DNA from: Lentisphaeria bacterium
Lineage (GTDB): Bacteria; Verrucomicrobiota; Lentisphaeria; JABSQK01; JAWLHB01
Assembly: GCA_041690595.1 (NCBI GenBank)
Contig: JAWLHB010000042.1
Span: 55,365-75,364, forward strand
Reading direction: 5' to 3'
DNA length: 20,000 bases
Shown: positions 1 through 9,259 of the stretch, piece after piece
Numbering within the stretch: position 1 is the first letter of the stretch
Layout of the letters: each line of letters opens with the position of its first letter
The notes under the pieces: model-generated
Seen by the model: the letters and a program-made list of their open reading frames with translations, nothing else
What the model was told of the DNA's origin: nothing
Databases searched by the model: none
Position numbers and translations under genes: made by a program

Positions 1-23
1 AAGAGATTGAATGAAGAAAGCGA

Positions 24-1364
24 TCAGTGCATTTCCCAGATGGCGTCGCGCACGACTTCGCCAATGGTGGGGTGGGGGAAGACGATGTCGCGGATATCGC
101 GCACGCGCAGTTCGGCCTCGATCATGGCGGCGGCGCCATAGACGATCTCGGAGCAGACGGAGCCGATCATGTGCACGCCGAGGAGCACTTGCGTTTCGGC
201 ATCGACGAGGACCTTGCAGAAGCCGGGAGCGCGGCTGTCGTTCTCAGCGAGAAAACGGCCGTTGACCTTCATGGGCAACTTGCTGACGGTGACCTTGCGG
301 CCGGCCTGCAGTGCCTGCCCTTCGGTCATGCCGACTCCGGCCACTTCGGGATGCGTATAGACGACCCACGGAATGGCATGGTAGCGCATGCGGTCGGCCT
401 GGCCGAACATGACCTTGACGGCGACTTCGCCCATGCGCGAGGCGGTGTGGGCGAGTTGCATCATGCCGGTGACGTCACCGACGGCATAGATCCCCGGGAT
501 ATTGGTGCGCATCTGCTCGTCGATGGTGATGCCGCGGCGGCTGGTGGCGATGCCCAGATTCTCCAGGCCGATCCCCTTTACGTTGGGATAGCGCCCGACG
601 CTCATGAGGACCATGTCGGCATCGATCGCCTGCGCCTTGCCATCCTTCTCGACGTGGACCTGCTTGTCGTCGATACGGACTACTTTGGCGCCGAGCTCGA
701 ACGTGACGGAGGCGAGGGACTTCCGCAGGGTCTGGGCGATATCCTCGTCGAAGTTGGGGATGATCTCGGGAAGCATCTCGATGACGGTGACGTCGATGCC
801 GAGATCGCTGGCGAAGCTGGCGAACTCCATGCCGATGACCCCACCGCCGATGACGGCCAGGCGGCGGGGGAGGCTCTCGATCTGGAGCATTTCGCGGCTG
901 GTGAGGACGTGAGGCAGATCACTCCCCGGGATGGGGATGCGGATGGCGGTCGAACCGGTCGCGATGAGGATGTTGGCGGCTTCGTAAACGGTCTCGCCAA
1001 CGCGTACTTTACCGCGTTCGATCAGCTCGCCAGCGCCCTCGATGACGTCGATCTTGTAGCGCTTCATCTGGTAGGCGATACCACTGCGCAGAGACTTGAT
1101 GATCTTCTCCTTGCGCTTCATGACCGTGGGCAGATCGAAGCGGACGCCCTCGCAGGTGACGCCGAATTCGGCGCCGTGCAGAGCCTGCGCATAGTGCTTG
1201 CTGGAGTTGAGCAGGGTCTTGGAGGGGATGCAGCCTTCGTTGAGGCAGACGCCGCCGAGGTGCGACTTCTCGATGATGGCGACTTTCTTGCCCATGGCGC
1301 CGGCACGCTCGGCAGCGACATAGCCGCCGGGTCCGGCTCCGAGGACGATAAGATCGTATGACAT
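24..1364 (-). CDS. lpdA: Dihydrolipoyl dehydrogenase (E3)
   Basis: FAD motif GAGPGGY, redox disulfide GGVCLNEGCIPSK, NAD motif GGGVIGME, C-terminal HPTIGE; directly downstream of E2 gene. Confidence 0.97.
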   Translation of the reverse strand: MSYDLIVLGAGPGGYVAAERAGAMGKKVAIIEKSHLGGVCLNEGCIPSKTLLNSSKHYAQALHGAEFGVTCEGVRFDLPTVMKRKEKIIKSLRSGIAYQMKRYKIDVIEGAGELIERGKVRVGETVYEAANILIATGSTAIRIPIPGSDLPHVLTSREMLQIESLPRRLAVIGGGVIGMEFASFASDLGIDVTVIEMLPEIIPNFDEDIAQTLRKSLASVTFELGAKVVRIDDKQVHVEKDGKAQAIDADMVLMSVGRYPNVKGIGLENLGIATSRRGITIDEQMRTNIPGIYAVGDVTGMMQLAHTASRMGEVAVKVMFGQADRMRYHAIPWVVYTHPEVAGVGMTEGQALQAGRKVTVSKLPMKVNGRFLAENDSRAPGFCKVLVDAETQVLLGVHMIGSVCSEIVYGAAAMIEAELRVRDIRDIVFPHPTIGEVVRDAIWEMH

Positions 1365-1403
1365 GGGGGTGTATCCTTGTGACGTTCGGATTGAGATCGC
1401 GGT

Positions 1404-2765
1404 TCAGCCGGCGAGGAGCAGGTCGATGTTGGCAAGTGCCTCAGCGACGCGCTGGAGGAAGCGGGCGGCGGGAGCGCCATCCACAACCTGGTGATCGATG
1501 GTGATGGAGAGGCCCATGAACTGCCGGTGGACGATCTCGCTGCCTTGCTGGACAGGCTTCAGTTGGGTGCTGCCGATGCCGAGAATGCCGACCTGGGGCG
1601 GGTTGAGCACGGGGGTGAAGCTCTCGATACCGAGGTTGCCGAGGTTGCTGATGGTGAAGGTGCCGCCGCTGAGTTCATCGGGCGTGATTCCACCTTCGGT
1701 GCAGGCGCGGGCCACCCGCTTGGCTTCGGCGGAGAGCTGCTTCAGCGTGAGTTTGTCCGCGTGGCGGATGACGGGGACCATGAGTCCGCGGGGCGTGTCC
1801 ACGGCAAAGGCGAGGTGGACGCTCTTGTACTGATGGAGGGCGTTGTCTTGGTAGAGCGCGTTCATTTCAGGAGAATCCTTGAGGACGCGGGCGACCGCAA
1901 AGAGGATCAGATCGTTCACGGTGACCTTCTGCAGGGCGAACGATTCGGGGCTGTTCTTGAGCTTCTTTCGCAGGGCGAGGAGGCTGGTGGCGTCAGCGGA
2001 GCTGTTCATGGTGAGCTGCGCCGTCTTCTGCAGGGACGCGTGCATGCGCTCGGCGATGAGCTTCCGTATGCCCTTGATCGGCACCTTGACGATCTCGTCT
2101 TCCTGAGAAGCGGCGGCGGGGGCCGCGGGCTGGACCGGAGCCGCGCTTTTCATGTCAGCGGCCGTGACGCGGCCGCCAATGCCGGAACCGGCGGCGGGTG
2201 CGACCTTGCCCGCGGCGGCAAGCTCTCTTGCGGCGGGGGTGAGGGGCTGTCCGGAAGCCAGGGCCTGCTGGACATCACGCTCGATGACGCGTCCCTGCGG
2301 GCCGGTGCCGGTGAGGCCGGTCAGGGCAATGCCCTTCTCCGCGGCGAGTTTCCGGGCGCGGGGCGATACCCGTTCGGGTTTCTGGCCGGCGGGGGCGGCC
2401 TGGGGCTCGGGAATGAGGTCAGCGGCAGCGACGGGTGCCGGCGCGGCTTCGGCCACTGTTTCCACTTCTGGAGCGGCGGCTGCTGGAGCGGCGGCTTCAC
2501 CGGGACGGAACTCGTCAGTCGCTTCGCCCGGATTGCCGATGACCGCCATGTTGACGAGAACGGGCACGTCGTCGCCTTCTTCGAAGAAGCGGGCAATAAG
2601 GGTGCCGGCGGCAGGAGCTTCGACTTCGAAGGTCGCCTTGTCGGTTTCGACTTCGCAGAGGATGTCGCCTTCCGCGACGGAGTCACCGATCGCCTTTTTC
2701 CAGGTGAGGATGAGGCAGGTTTCGACGCTTTGACCTTGCTTTGGCATCAATACGGGTGTGGCCAT
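1404..2765 (-). CDS. 2-oxoacid dehydrogenase E2 component (dihydrolipoamide acyltransferase)
   Basis: Lipoyl domain EVETDKA, Ala/Pro linkers, subunit-binding motif SPRARKLA..GTGPQGRV..RDV, catalytic domain GGTFTISNLG and DHQVVDG. Confidence 0.96.
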   Translation of the reverse strand: MATPVLMPKQGQSVETCLILTWKKAIGDSVAEGDILCEVETDKATFEVEAPAAGTLIARFFEEGDDVPVLVNMAVIGNPGEATDEFRPGEAAAPAAAAPEVETVAEAAPAPVAAADLIPEPQAAPAGQKPERVSPRARKLAAEKGIALTGLTGTGPQGRVIERDVQQALASGQPLTPAARELAAAGKVAPAAGSGIGGRVTAADMKSAAPVQPAAPAAASQEDEIVKVPIKGIRKLIAERMHASLQKTAQLTMNSSADATSLLALRKKLKNSPESFALQKVTVNDLILFAVARVLKDSPEMNALYQDNALHQYKSVHLAFAVDTPRGLMVPVIRHADKLTLKQLSAEAKRVARACTEGGITPDELSGGTFTISNLGNLGIESFTPVLNPPQVGILGIGSTQLKPVQQGSEIVHRQFMGLSITIDHQVVDGAPAARFLQRVAEALANIDLLLAG

Positions 2766-2770
2766 GATGA

Positions 2771-3574
2771 TCAGTCCTTTGTTTCGCTGGTCGATGGATT
2801 GGAAGGAGGGGCGCCGGCGAGCATGAGGCGAATGCCCAGTTGCTCGATACCGGCGATGAAATCGGGAGAGGCGTTATCGGTGATGAGGGTGCTGATGTCG
2901 TTGATGGTGCCACTGCGGGCAAAGGATGAGGTGCCGAGCTTACTGCTGTCAGCCAGGAGGAGAACCTGGCCGGCGCGGCTCATGATCAGGGACTTGGTGT
3001 GCGCCTCGTTGGGGTCGGTAGTGGTCATGCCCTCGGCGAGGGTAAAGCCGATGGTGCCCATGAAGGCCTTGTCGACATGTACGGCATTGATCAATTGCGC
3101 GGTGAGGGGGCCGACGAGGGTGCGGCTGAGTTTGCGAAACTCTCCCCCGACCAGGATCAGGCGATGCTCGGTATCAAGGAGGCTGGAGGCTGCCATCAGG
3201 GAATTGGTGACGATGACCAGGTTGTGGCGGCGATCGAGGAGACGCGCCAGCTGGAGGATGGTGCTGCCACCGTCGAGATAGATGGTGTCGCCGTCGTCGA
3301 TGAGGCTCAAGGCCGCGTGGGCGATGGCTTGCTTGGCGGCAGTGTTGCGCTCTTCCTTGTCATGGAAGAGCGGTTCGCGGCGCGCAATGCCGGCCAGGGT
3401 GGCGCCTCCGTGGACGCGGCTGAGGAGGCCCCGATCCTCCATGGCCGTCAGATCGCGGCGAATGGTCGCTTCCGAGACATCGAGGATCGTGGCCAGGTCG
3501 GCGACCTGGACGATTTCCTGGCCTCGCAGAGCGTCGAGGATCTGCTGTTCACGGGAGATGGTGCGCGTAATCAT
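2771..3574 (-). CDS. DeoR/GlpR-family transcriptional regulator (ORF track start 3589; ATG at 3574 preferred)
   Basis: HTH VSEATIRRDL..RVHGGA; sensor domain IYLDGGST, VTNSL, LLADSSK. Confidence 0.95.
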   Translation of the reverse strand: MITRTISREQQILDALRGQEIVQVADLATILDVSEATIRRDLTAMEDRGLLSRVHGGATLAGIARREPLFHDKEERNTAAKQAIAHAALSLIDDGDTIYLDGGSTILQLARLLDRRHNLVIVTNSLMAASSLLDTEHRLILVGGEFRKLSRTLVGPLTAQLINAVHVDKAFMGTIGFTLAEGMTTTDPNEAHTKSLIMSRAGQVLLLADSSKLGTSSFARSGTINDISTLITDNASPDFIAGIEQLGIRLMLAGAPPSNPSTSETKD

Positions 3575-3580
3575 CTGATC

Positions 3581-3609
3581 ACTATGCATGATCGGATGAG
3601 CAGATGCAA
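3581..3609 (-). promoter_or_regulatory. Putative sigma70 promoter for deoR-E2-E3
   Basis: Minus strand TTGCAT (3609-3604), 17-bp spacer, CATAGT (3586-3581), then 6 nt to the ATG at 3574. Confidence 0.45.
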
Positions 3610-3686
3610 GCGCAAATGAAGATTTATTCTGCTCGTTTATGATCGATGCGAGCGCGAAGCTCGATCACTGATCGCTCTTCCCCCAA

Positions 3687-4808
3687 TCAGTCCTGGCAAC
3701 CTTGGTTTCGGTAGATGAAAAGGCCGTCCTTGCCCGGGGCGATGAGGTCGAGGCGGCCGTCGCCATCGAGATCGGCAACGGCGAAGTGGATGCCGCAGCC
3801 GTTGCCGCCGGCGCCAATCGCGCCGTAGTCGATGACCTGTTTGGCGAAGCCTTCGCCGGTCCACTTGAAGTAGTAGATGCCCAAGTCGTCCCACTCGCCG
3901 GCATCGTTGCCGCAGTGTGCGCGGTGGCGTTTGCCGGTGACCATTTCCGGCTGCCCATCGCCATCGATATCCAGCCACATCAGGTCATGGTATTGGGCGT
4001 TGTACGGATCGATTGGATGGTGGCGCCAGACCCTCTTGCCACCGACGATGCTCTGCTCGCTCCACCACAGGCCATAGCCGTGCGCGTTGCCGGTGATAAG
4101 CTCGTTGACGCCGTCGTTGTTGAGATCCACCACCAGCATGGGCACGCTGGCGGACCATCCCCAGGGCGGCTCGGGGAAGTCGTCATGCCATTGCCAGACG
4201 CCCTTCTCCGGATCGGCCGGCGCTTCGAGCCAGCCTTTGCACAGCACGATGTCCATGCGCCCGTTGCCCGCGATGTCGCCGCAGCCGAGTCCGTGTCCCT
4301 GCCCTTTGTCGGCGAAGGTGTGAATCACCACCTTCCTGAACACTCCCGTTCCCCGGCCATCGGCATCCGTTACCAGTTTGTAGTAGGCGACCTCCGGGTT
4401 CGGCGGGGTATTCGGCATGATTTCGACGACGCCATCGCCGTCGATGTCCCAGGCGCGCGTGGTTTCGACGCTGCCGGTGTGGGCGATGATGTGCTCGGGC
4501 CAGGGTTTGGTCGGATCGTCCGGACATTCCCGCCAGCGCAGGTTTTCGCCGAAGTAGCCGCCGGTGATGAAATCCAGGCGGCCATTGCCGTTGATGTCCA
4601 ACGCAATGGTCGAGAAATCGTCGAAATACTCGCCTGCAGCCCGTACGGCGCCGATAAAATGCTTTCGGCGGAAATCCGGGCCCTGGTACCAGAAAGCGCC
4701 CGAGACGATGTCGGGAACGCCGTCGCCGTTGACGTCCCAGACCCCGGCCGACTCGTAGGTTTCATCGCTGATCCACTGCTTTTTCCACTGCAAAGGCATG
4801 ACTGTCAT
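3687..4808 (-). CDS. FG-GAP/VCBS-repeat beta-propeller protein without signal peptide
   Basis: Seven DxxxxG Ca-binding-type repeats (DVNGDGVPD, DINGNGRLD, DIDGDGVVE, DIAGNGRMD, DLNNDGVNE, DIDGDGQPE, DLDGDGRLD). Confidence 0.9.
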   Translation of the reverse strand: MTVMPLQWKKQWISDETYESAGVWDVNGDGVPDIVSGAFWYQGPDFRRKHFIGAVRAAGEYFDDFSTIALDINGNGRLDFITGGYFGENLRWRECPDDPTKPWPEHIIAHTGSVETTRAWDIDGDGVVEIMPNTPPNPEVAYYKLVTDADGRGTGVFRKVVIHTFADKGQGHGLGCGDIAGNGRMDIVLCKGWLEAPADPEKGVWQWHDDFPEPPWGWSASVPMLVVDLNNDGVNELITGNAHGYGLWWSEQSIVGGKRVWRHHPIDPYNAQYHDLMWLDIDGDGQPEMVTGKRHRAHCGNDAGEWDDLGIYYFKWTGEGFAKQVIDYGAIGAGGNGCGIHFAVADLDGDGRLDLIAPGKDGLFIYRNQGCQD

Positions 4809-4844
4809 CCTTGTTTGTCGATGGCGTTACGAAGTTTCGCGCAC

Positions 4845-5909
4845 TCAGACCCCGTGTGCTTGCTTGAGGAACTGACGGGCGACCCGCAGGTCTTCGAGCG
4901 CCTCCGCTGCTTCGCACGGCGGCTGCATCTCGCCCTTGATCGCACGGATGAAATGGATCGCCTGTTGGCGCATAGCGTGAATCCAGGGCATTTGCGGTTC
5001 GACAAACTCGGGCTGCGCGCCGTTACCTGGATCGCGGAAGAAGGTAACGCGCCCGGCGCGATTGCTGGCCACCGGCGCCGGAAGCTCGAGGCGAACCCAC
5101 CCTTTGCGAAAGCAGACCAGCGCCGACTCCTGCCAGTCCACCGTCGTTTCGTACGGGGTCATTTCGATGGTACATGGGATGCCGCCAAGACTCTTGCCGA
5201 CGAGCAGGACGCCGGTGGGATCGACATGGGTGACGACGTAGTTCTCGCCCAATAGGTGCCGCATCAGGTTGACCTGGTGGATGTAGTAGTTCACGAAGCT
5301 GATGTAGGCCTGGTTGTCTTCCTTGCTCAAGCTGTCGTCAGCCGGATCCCAGTCCATACTCGGTGCCGACTCGTCAGTGCGGATGAAATCAGCGAATCCG
5401 CCGGCAATCCAGTCGCCGGCCGGCATGGTGATGCGGATATACGTCATCTCGCCCAGCTCGCCGGACTCGCGTAACCGCTCGATCTCGGCCTTGGCGGCCA
5501 TGGTTGCCGGATCGCTGCGCTTGTGGTAGCCGACCATGTGGAAGCTCCCGCTGTTGCGCACGGCTTCGACGATTCTCTCGCCCACGGCGATGCTCCCCGC
5601 AATCGGTTTCTCCGTGAAGAGCGGAATGCCCGCCTCGAGCAGCTCGGGAACCAGAATGCCATGGCGGGTAAAGGGTTGCGACGCCACGATGCCGTCCAGT
5701 TCTTCATTGGCAAGCATTTCCGCCGCTGTGGCGTAAACGCTGGGCACGAAATAGCGCTGCGCCACCTTCCGCGCCGCCTCCGGCTTGAGTTCCGCCAACG
5801 CCACCACCTCGCACAGGTCGCTCAGCGCCGAATAGTTCTTCAGATGGGCGCACTGTCCCATGGTGCCGACACCGACAAAGCCAATCCTGACCTTTCTCGA
5901 CTCGTTCAT
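4845..5909 (-). CDS. Gfo/Idh/MocA-family NAD(P)-dependent oxidoreductase (start at MNESRK, ATG 5909)
   Basis: Rossmann IGFVGVGTMG, EKP motif, VGYHKRSDP; GGAG RBS upstream of ATG 5909. Confidence 0.92.
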   Translation of the reverse strand: MNESRKVRIGFVGVGTMGQCAHLKNYSALSDLCEVVALAELKPEAARKVAQRYFVPSVYATAAEMLANEELDGIVASQPFTRHGILVPELLEAGIPLFTEKPIAGSIAVGERIVEAVRNSGSFHMVGYHKRSDPATMAAKAEIERLRESGELGEMTYIRITMPAGDWIAGGFADFIRTDESAPSMDWDPADDSLSKEDNQAYISFVNYYIHQVNLMRHLLGENYVVTHVDPTGVLLVGKSLGGIPCTIEMTPYETTVDWQESALVCFRKGWVRLELPAPVASNRAGRVTFFRDPGNGAQPEFVEPQMPWIHAMRQQAIHFIRAIKGEMQPPCEAAEALEDLRVARQFLKQAHGV

Positions 5910-6098
5910 GATTGCTCCATTCCGTTTCCCATGCTTGCCATTAATTGCTGCGGTCATCACGCGCTCTTCATAATCTATGGATTCACGTCTCGCTGGCAAT
6001 AGTTGGCGATTGCTCTATGTTGTCCAGAATTGCGCATCGCCTGTTTTGAGCGGCAGGAAGAGAGCCAGAAGCAGTTGGAGCAGGGAGGGCGTGGAAGC

Positions 6099-6866
6099 AT
6101 GGGTGAGCCGGAGTTGCTGTACGCGGGAACGCTTGCCACGCGCACGGCATGGCATCTGTCTGAGCACCACCACCACCACCACGAGCTGGTTGTTCTGGTG
6201 GAGGGGAAGATGCGGTTGCGTATCGATGACGTGACCATTCTGGCGACGGCGGGCGACGCGCTCTTTTACAGAGCGGGGAGGCCCCACGAGGAGAGCACTC
6301 TTTCTGGAATGCCGTTTCACACCTACTTCATCGGCTTCACCGCCAGTACCATGGCTGAGAACGATCTGCCGGTTCGCGTCGTAGATCAAGCGGGACGGCT
6401 GCGGCAACTGGTCCGCTGGCTTCACGAGGAGCATGGCAGCCAGCCAGAGCAACAGGGAAGCATGTCGGCGGCTGCCTGCAAGGCCTTCCTTGCCGCGCTG
6501 GTGGCCGAGTTCCATCGGCTGAGCCGGGACGACACGCCGCCGCTACCGCGGGAAGTGCGCACGTACGTCAACGGGCGCCTGGCCAGCCCGATCGTTGTCG
6601 CCGATCTGGCGGCCCATGTCGGCATGTCAAAGTACCACTTCATCCGTACCTATCGGAAGTTGGCTGGATGCACGCCCATGGCCACCGTGCGGCACCTGCG
6701 CGCGGAAGCAGCTCGCAACCTGATTCTGACTACGGATCTGCCACTCAAGCAGATTGCGGAACATTGCGGCCTCGGCAATGCCCAGCATTTCTCCCGCGTT
6801 TTCCGCGAAACCTTTGGCAAACCGCCGGGAGAATTCCGCGGGCAGCGCAAGGCGTTTCGCTCATGA
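6099..6866 (+). CDS. AraC-family transcriptional regulator with cupin sensor domain
   Basis: Cupin motif HHHHHHELVVLVEG..PHEE; double HTH LAAHVGMSKYHFIRTY..IAEHCGLGNAQHFSRVFRETFGKPPGEFR; GGGAGGG upstream of ATG 6099. Confidence 0.93.
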   Translation: MGEPELLYAGTLATRTAWHLSEHHHHHHELVVLVEGKMRLRIDDVTILATAGDALFYRAGRPHEESTLSGMPFHTYFIGFTASTMAENDLPVRVVDQAGRLRQLVRWLHEEHGSQPEQQGSMSAAACKAFLAALVAEFHRLSRDDTPPLPREVRTYVNGRLASPIVVADLAAHVGMSKYHFIRTYRKLAGCTPMATVRHLRAEAARNLILTTDLPLKQIAEHCGLGNAQHFSRVFRETFGKPPGEFRGQRKAFRS

Positions 6867-6869
6867 TCG

Positions 6870-7358
6870 TTAGTCGGGCAGTCGCAGGGGATGGAGATCG
6901 TGGGCCTGCCGTTCGGCGTTGACCTTTGCCCAAAGCTCCTCGTCGGCGGCGAGGATGCGAACGAGCCTGCCGGTGGAGATCCCGAGCGCCTTGGAGGCGT
7001 CACCGAGTTGAAAGCCGAAGTGGCTCAGGGCATCGAGGAGGATGGCCACGAAGAGAGGATAGCGTCGATCCTTGCGCCCGATCTTCAACGGTCCCTTCCA
7101 GCCGCGCGGATGCGGATCGCGGACCTGGAGTGCCAGCTGCAGGCGCAGCTTGCGCAGGGCATCGGAGCGGTTCTCATGCTGGGAACGACTCTCAACGGCG
7201 GTGACGCTGACGCCGTACTCGGGCAGAGTCAGGCGCACGGCGGAATCGGTCGTGTTGCGGTGCTGACCGCCCGGTCCCGAGGCGCGAAAGTTGTCCATGG
7301 TGCAATGACGAAAAAGCTCTTCGTCAGGTTGGAGGAGGAGGGTATTGCGGTCGGGCAT
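6870..7358 (-). CDS. Peptide chain release factor-like protein (RF-1/GGQ domain)
   Basis: RASGPGGQHRNTTDSAVRL and ESRSQHENRSDAL motifs; 162 aa, lacks the stop-codon recognition domains. Confidence 0.88.
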   Translation of the reverse strand: MPDRNTLLLQPDEELFRHCTMDNFRASGPGGQHRNTTDSAVRLTLPEYGVSVTAVESRSQHENRSDALRKLRLQLALQVRDPHPRGWKGPLKIGRKDRRYPLFVAILLDALSHFGFQLGDASKALGISTGRLVRILAADEELWAKVNAERQAHDLHPLRLPD

Positions 7359-7531
7359 GGTGAAAAGTGGCCGTGCTTTGGCATGGATCTGGTGGTTCCA
7401 TGACTATACGTGATGGAAGGCAGTAAGGAAAGGCTCCCGCGGTGCAGAGGGTTGTCGACGGCCTCTTTCCAAGTGGGGGCACGGTCGACAGTCAGCCGGA
7501 TGTGGCTTGGCTTGGGCTGCATCCGGCTGTT

Positions 7532-8365
7532 TTACGCCCAGGGCGACATGTCGAGGAGATCCTTGTAGGGGAGTGTGGTGCGCCGGTAGGCAAGCATCTC
7601 CTCCTGATCGTAGAAGACGCGATCGAGGAAGAGACCTTGGGGTGGAGCGGTTTCGCGGAGCCCGGCGCGGTCGCGGGCGAGGAGAATCGAGGTGGTTGCC
7701 TCGGCGGGGGTATAGCCGCGCCCGACGGAGACCAGGTATCCGGCGATGCGTCGCATCATGCGATAGAGGAAGCTGTTGCCGATGACGGTGATGCGGATCA
7801 GCGGGCCGTGTTCGGCGATCTCGATGAGATGAAGCGTCTTCACCGGGTCGGGCATTTCGGGGCCGCGCGTATTGGTGGAGAAGGCGGTGAAGTCGTGAGT
7901 GCCGATCAGTTGCGCGGCAGCCAGGCGCATGGGGGCGACATCGAGCGTATGGTAGACAGGCCAGCAGTAGCGGCAGTGAAAGGGGCTGGCGAGGTTGCCG
8001 CGATGTATGAGGTAGGTGTAGGCCTTGCCGACGGCATCGTGGCGCGCGTGAAAGCCGATCGGCATCTCGGTGATGTCGAGGATGCGAATATCGGGTGGGA
8101 CGCCATGATTGAGGGCCTGGCGAAGGCTTGGAACCGGGATGGGGGGCGTGGCGGGGGCGTGAACCGTGACGCGCTGATCGAGAGCATGAACGCCGGAGTC
8201 GGTTCGACTGACGCCGAAGGTGCGGAGCGGTTGTCCGTAGAGGCGCTTGAGCCGTCGTTCGAGGATGCCCTGGATGGTGAGGACGCCTGGCCGCTGAACC
8301 TGCCAGCCGTTGTAGGCGGTGCCGTCGTAAGCGATGCGCAGGAGCCAGTTGAGCGTGTCGGCCAT
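7532..8365 (-). CDS. truA: tRNA pseudouridine(38-40) synthase
   Basis: IAYDGTAYNGWQVQ, SRTDSGVHA (catalytic Asp), FHAR, GTHDFTAF, GNSFLYRMMR, TAPPQGLFL. Confidence 0.96.
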   Translation of the reverse strand: MADTLNWLLRIAYDGTAYNGWQVQRPGVLTIQGILERRLKRLYGQPLRTFGVSRTDSGVHALDQRVTVHAPATPPIPVPSLRQALNHGVPPDIRILDITEMPIGFHARHDAVGKAYTYLIHRGNLASPFHCRYCWPVYHTLDVAPMRLAAAQLIGTHDFTAFSTNTRGPEMPDPVKTLHLIEIAEHGPLIRITVIGNSFLYRMMRRIAGYLVSVGRGYTPAEATTSILLARDRAGLRETAPPQGLFLDRVFYDQEEMLAYRRTTLPYKDLLDMSPWA

Positions 8366-8375
8366 GGCCGTCTGC

Positions 8376-9092
8376 TCAATCGGCGGCGTAGAGAATGACG
8401 CCGCAGTTTTCGCAGGTGACGATGTCGCCCTTGTTCACGGAGTGGCGCACCTGGGGCGTCACGGTGAGAAAGCAGCCGCCGCAGTTGTTATCGACCAGCG
8501 GGGCAATACCGCGCCGGAAGTTGCCGTCGTCTGTTCCCTTGCGGGTGAGGCGGGAATAGAGCCGCATCAGCTCAGGCTCGACGGCCTTGGCCATCTCGTC
8601 GCGTTCCGCTTTCACCTTCTTCACCTGCTCTTCGCAGTTCCTGGCGCGGAGGTCGAGATCTTCAATGGTGCCGAGGAGGCGTTTCTGCGCGGCATCGCAC
8701 AGTTTCTGAGCGGCTGCGCGCTTCTGGCGGGCCTGCTCGAGTGCTTCCATTTCCTGAAGCTGCAGATCTTCAAGTTTCTCGATCTTGGCGTCGAAGGCGG
8801 CGACTTCGTTAAGCATGGCCCGATATTCGTCGTTCTTCTTGATCTGGCTGGATTTGCTCTGGAGGGAGACTTTGCGCTGATCGACGGTAGCGATCTCCAT
8901 TTCGATGGTCTTGATGCGCTTCTCGACATCCATGATTGCCTTCTTGGCCTCGTCCATCATGGATTCCGCATTGGTCATCTCAGTCTGGATCTGCTTCTTC
9001 TCGACAGGGACCGTCTGGATCTGCTTGACGAGGTTGGCGATGCGAATGTCCTTGTCCTGGATCTGAAGGAGCGTCTCGATACTAGGATCCAT
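8376..9092 (-). CDS. C4-type zinc-ribbon coiled-coil protein (DUF164/CT398-like); start MDPSIETLL at 9092
   Basis: Long coiled coil followed by CGGC-x20-CENC; 238 aa; N-terminal LLQIQDKD pattern typical of the family. Confidence 0.9.
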   Translation of the reverse strand: MDPSIETLLQIQDKDIRIANLVKQIQTVPVEKKQIQTEMTNAESMMDEAKKAIMDVEKRIKTIEMEIATVDQRKVSLQSKSSQIKKNDEYRAMLNEVAAFDAKIEKLEDLQLQEMEALEQARQKRAAAQKLCDAAQKRLLGTIEDLDLRARNCEEQVKKVKAERDEMAKAVEPELMRLYSRLTRKGTDDGNFRRGIAPLVDNNCGGCFLTVTPQVRHSVNKGDIVTCENCGVILYAAD

Positions 9093-9259
9093 AAGATTGT
9101 ACTTCCCTGCCGTTGGATGGAGCGCCGGCTCCGCCGAATGGTAATCGCCGTGAAGCATATAAAGTACTTGTTCCGCCCAAGGATGCAAGGCACCGCCTTT
9201 GCCTTTGATTACCTTCGCCGCGCGAGCCACCCATCACCTCGCTTGACCCGACCTACTAC

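Noticed and set aside
27..8398. Long plus-strand ORFs (27-1361, 1491-3281, 3702-5255, 7442-8398 etc.)
   Set aside because: Antisense shadows of well-supported minus-strand genes in high-GC DNA; no motifs
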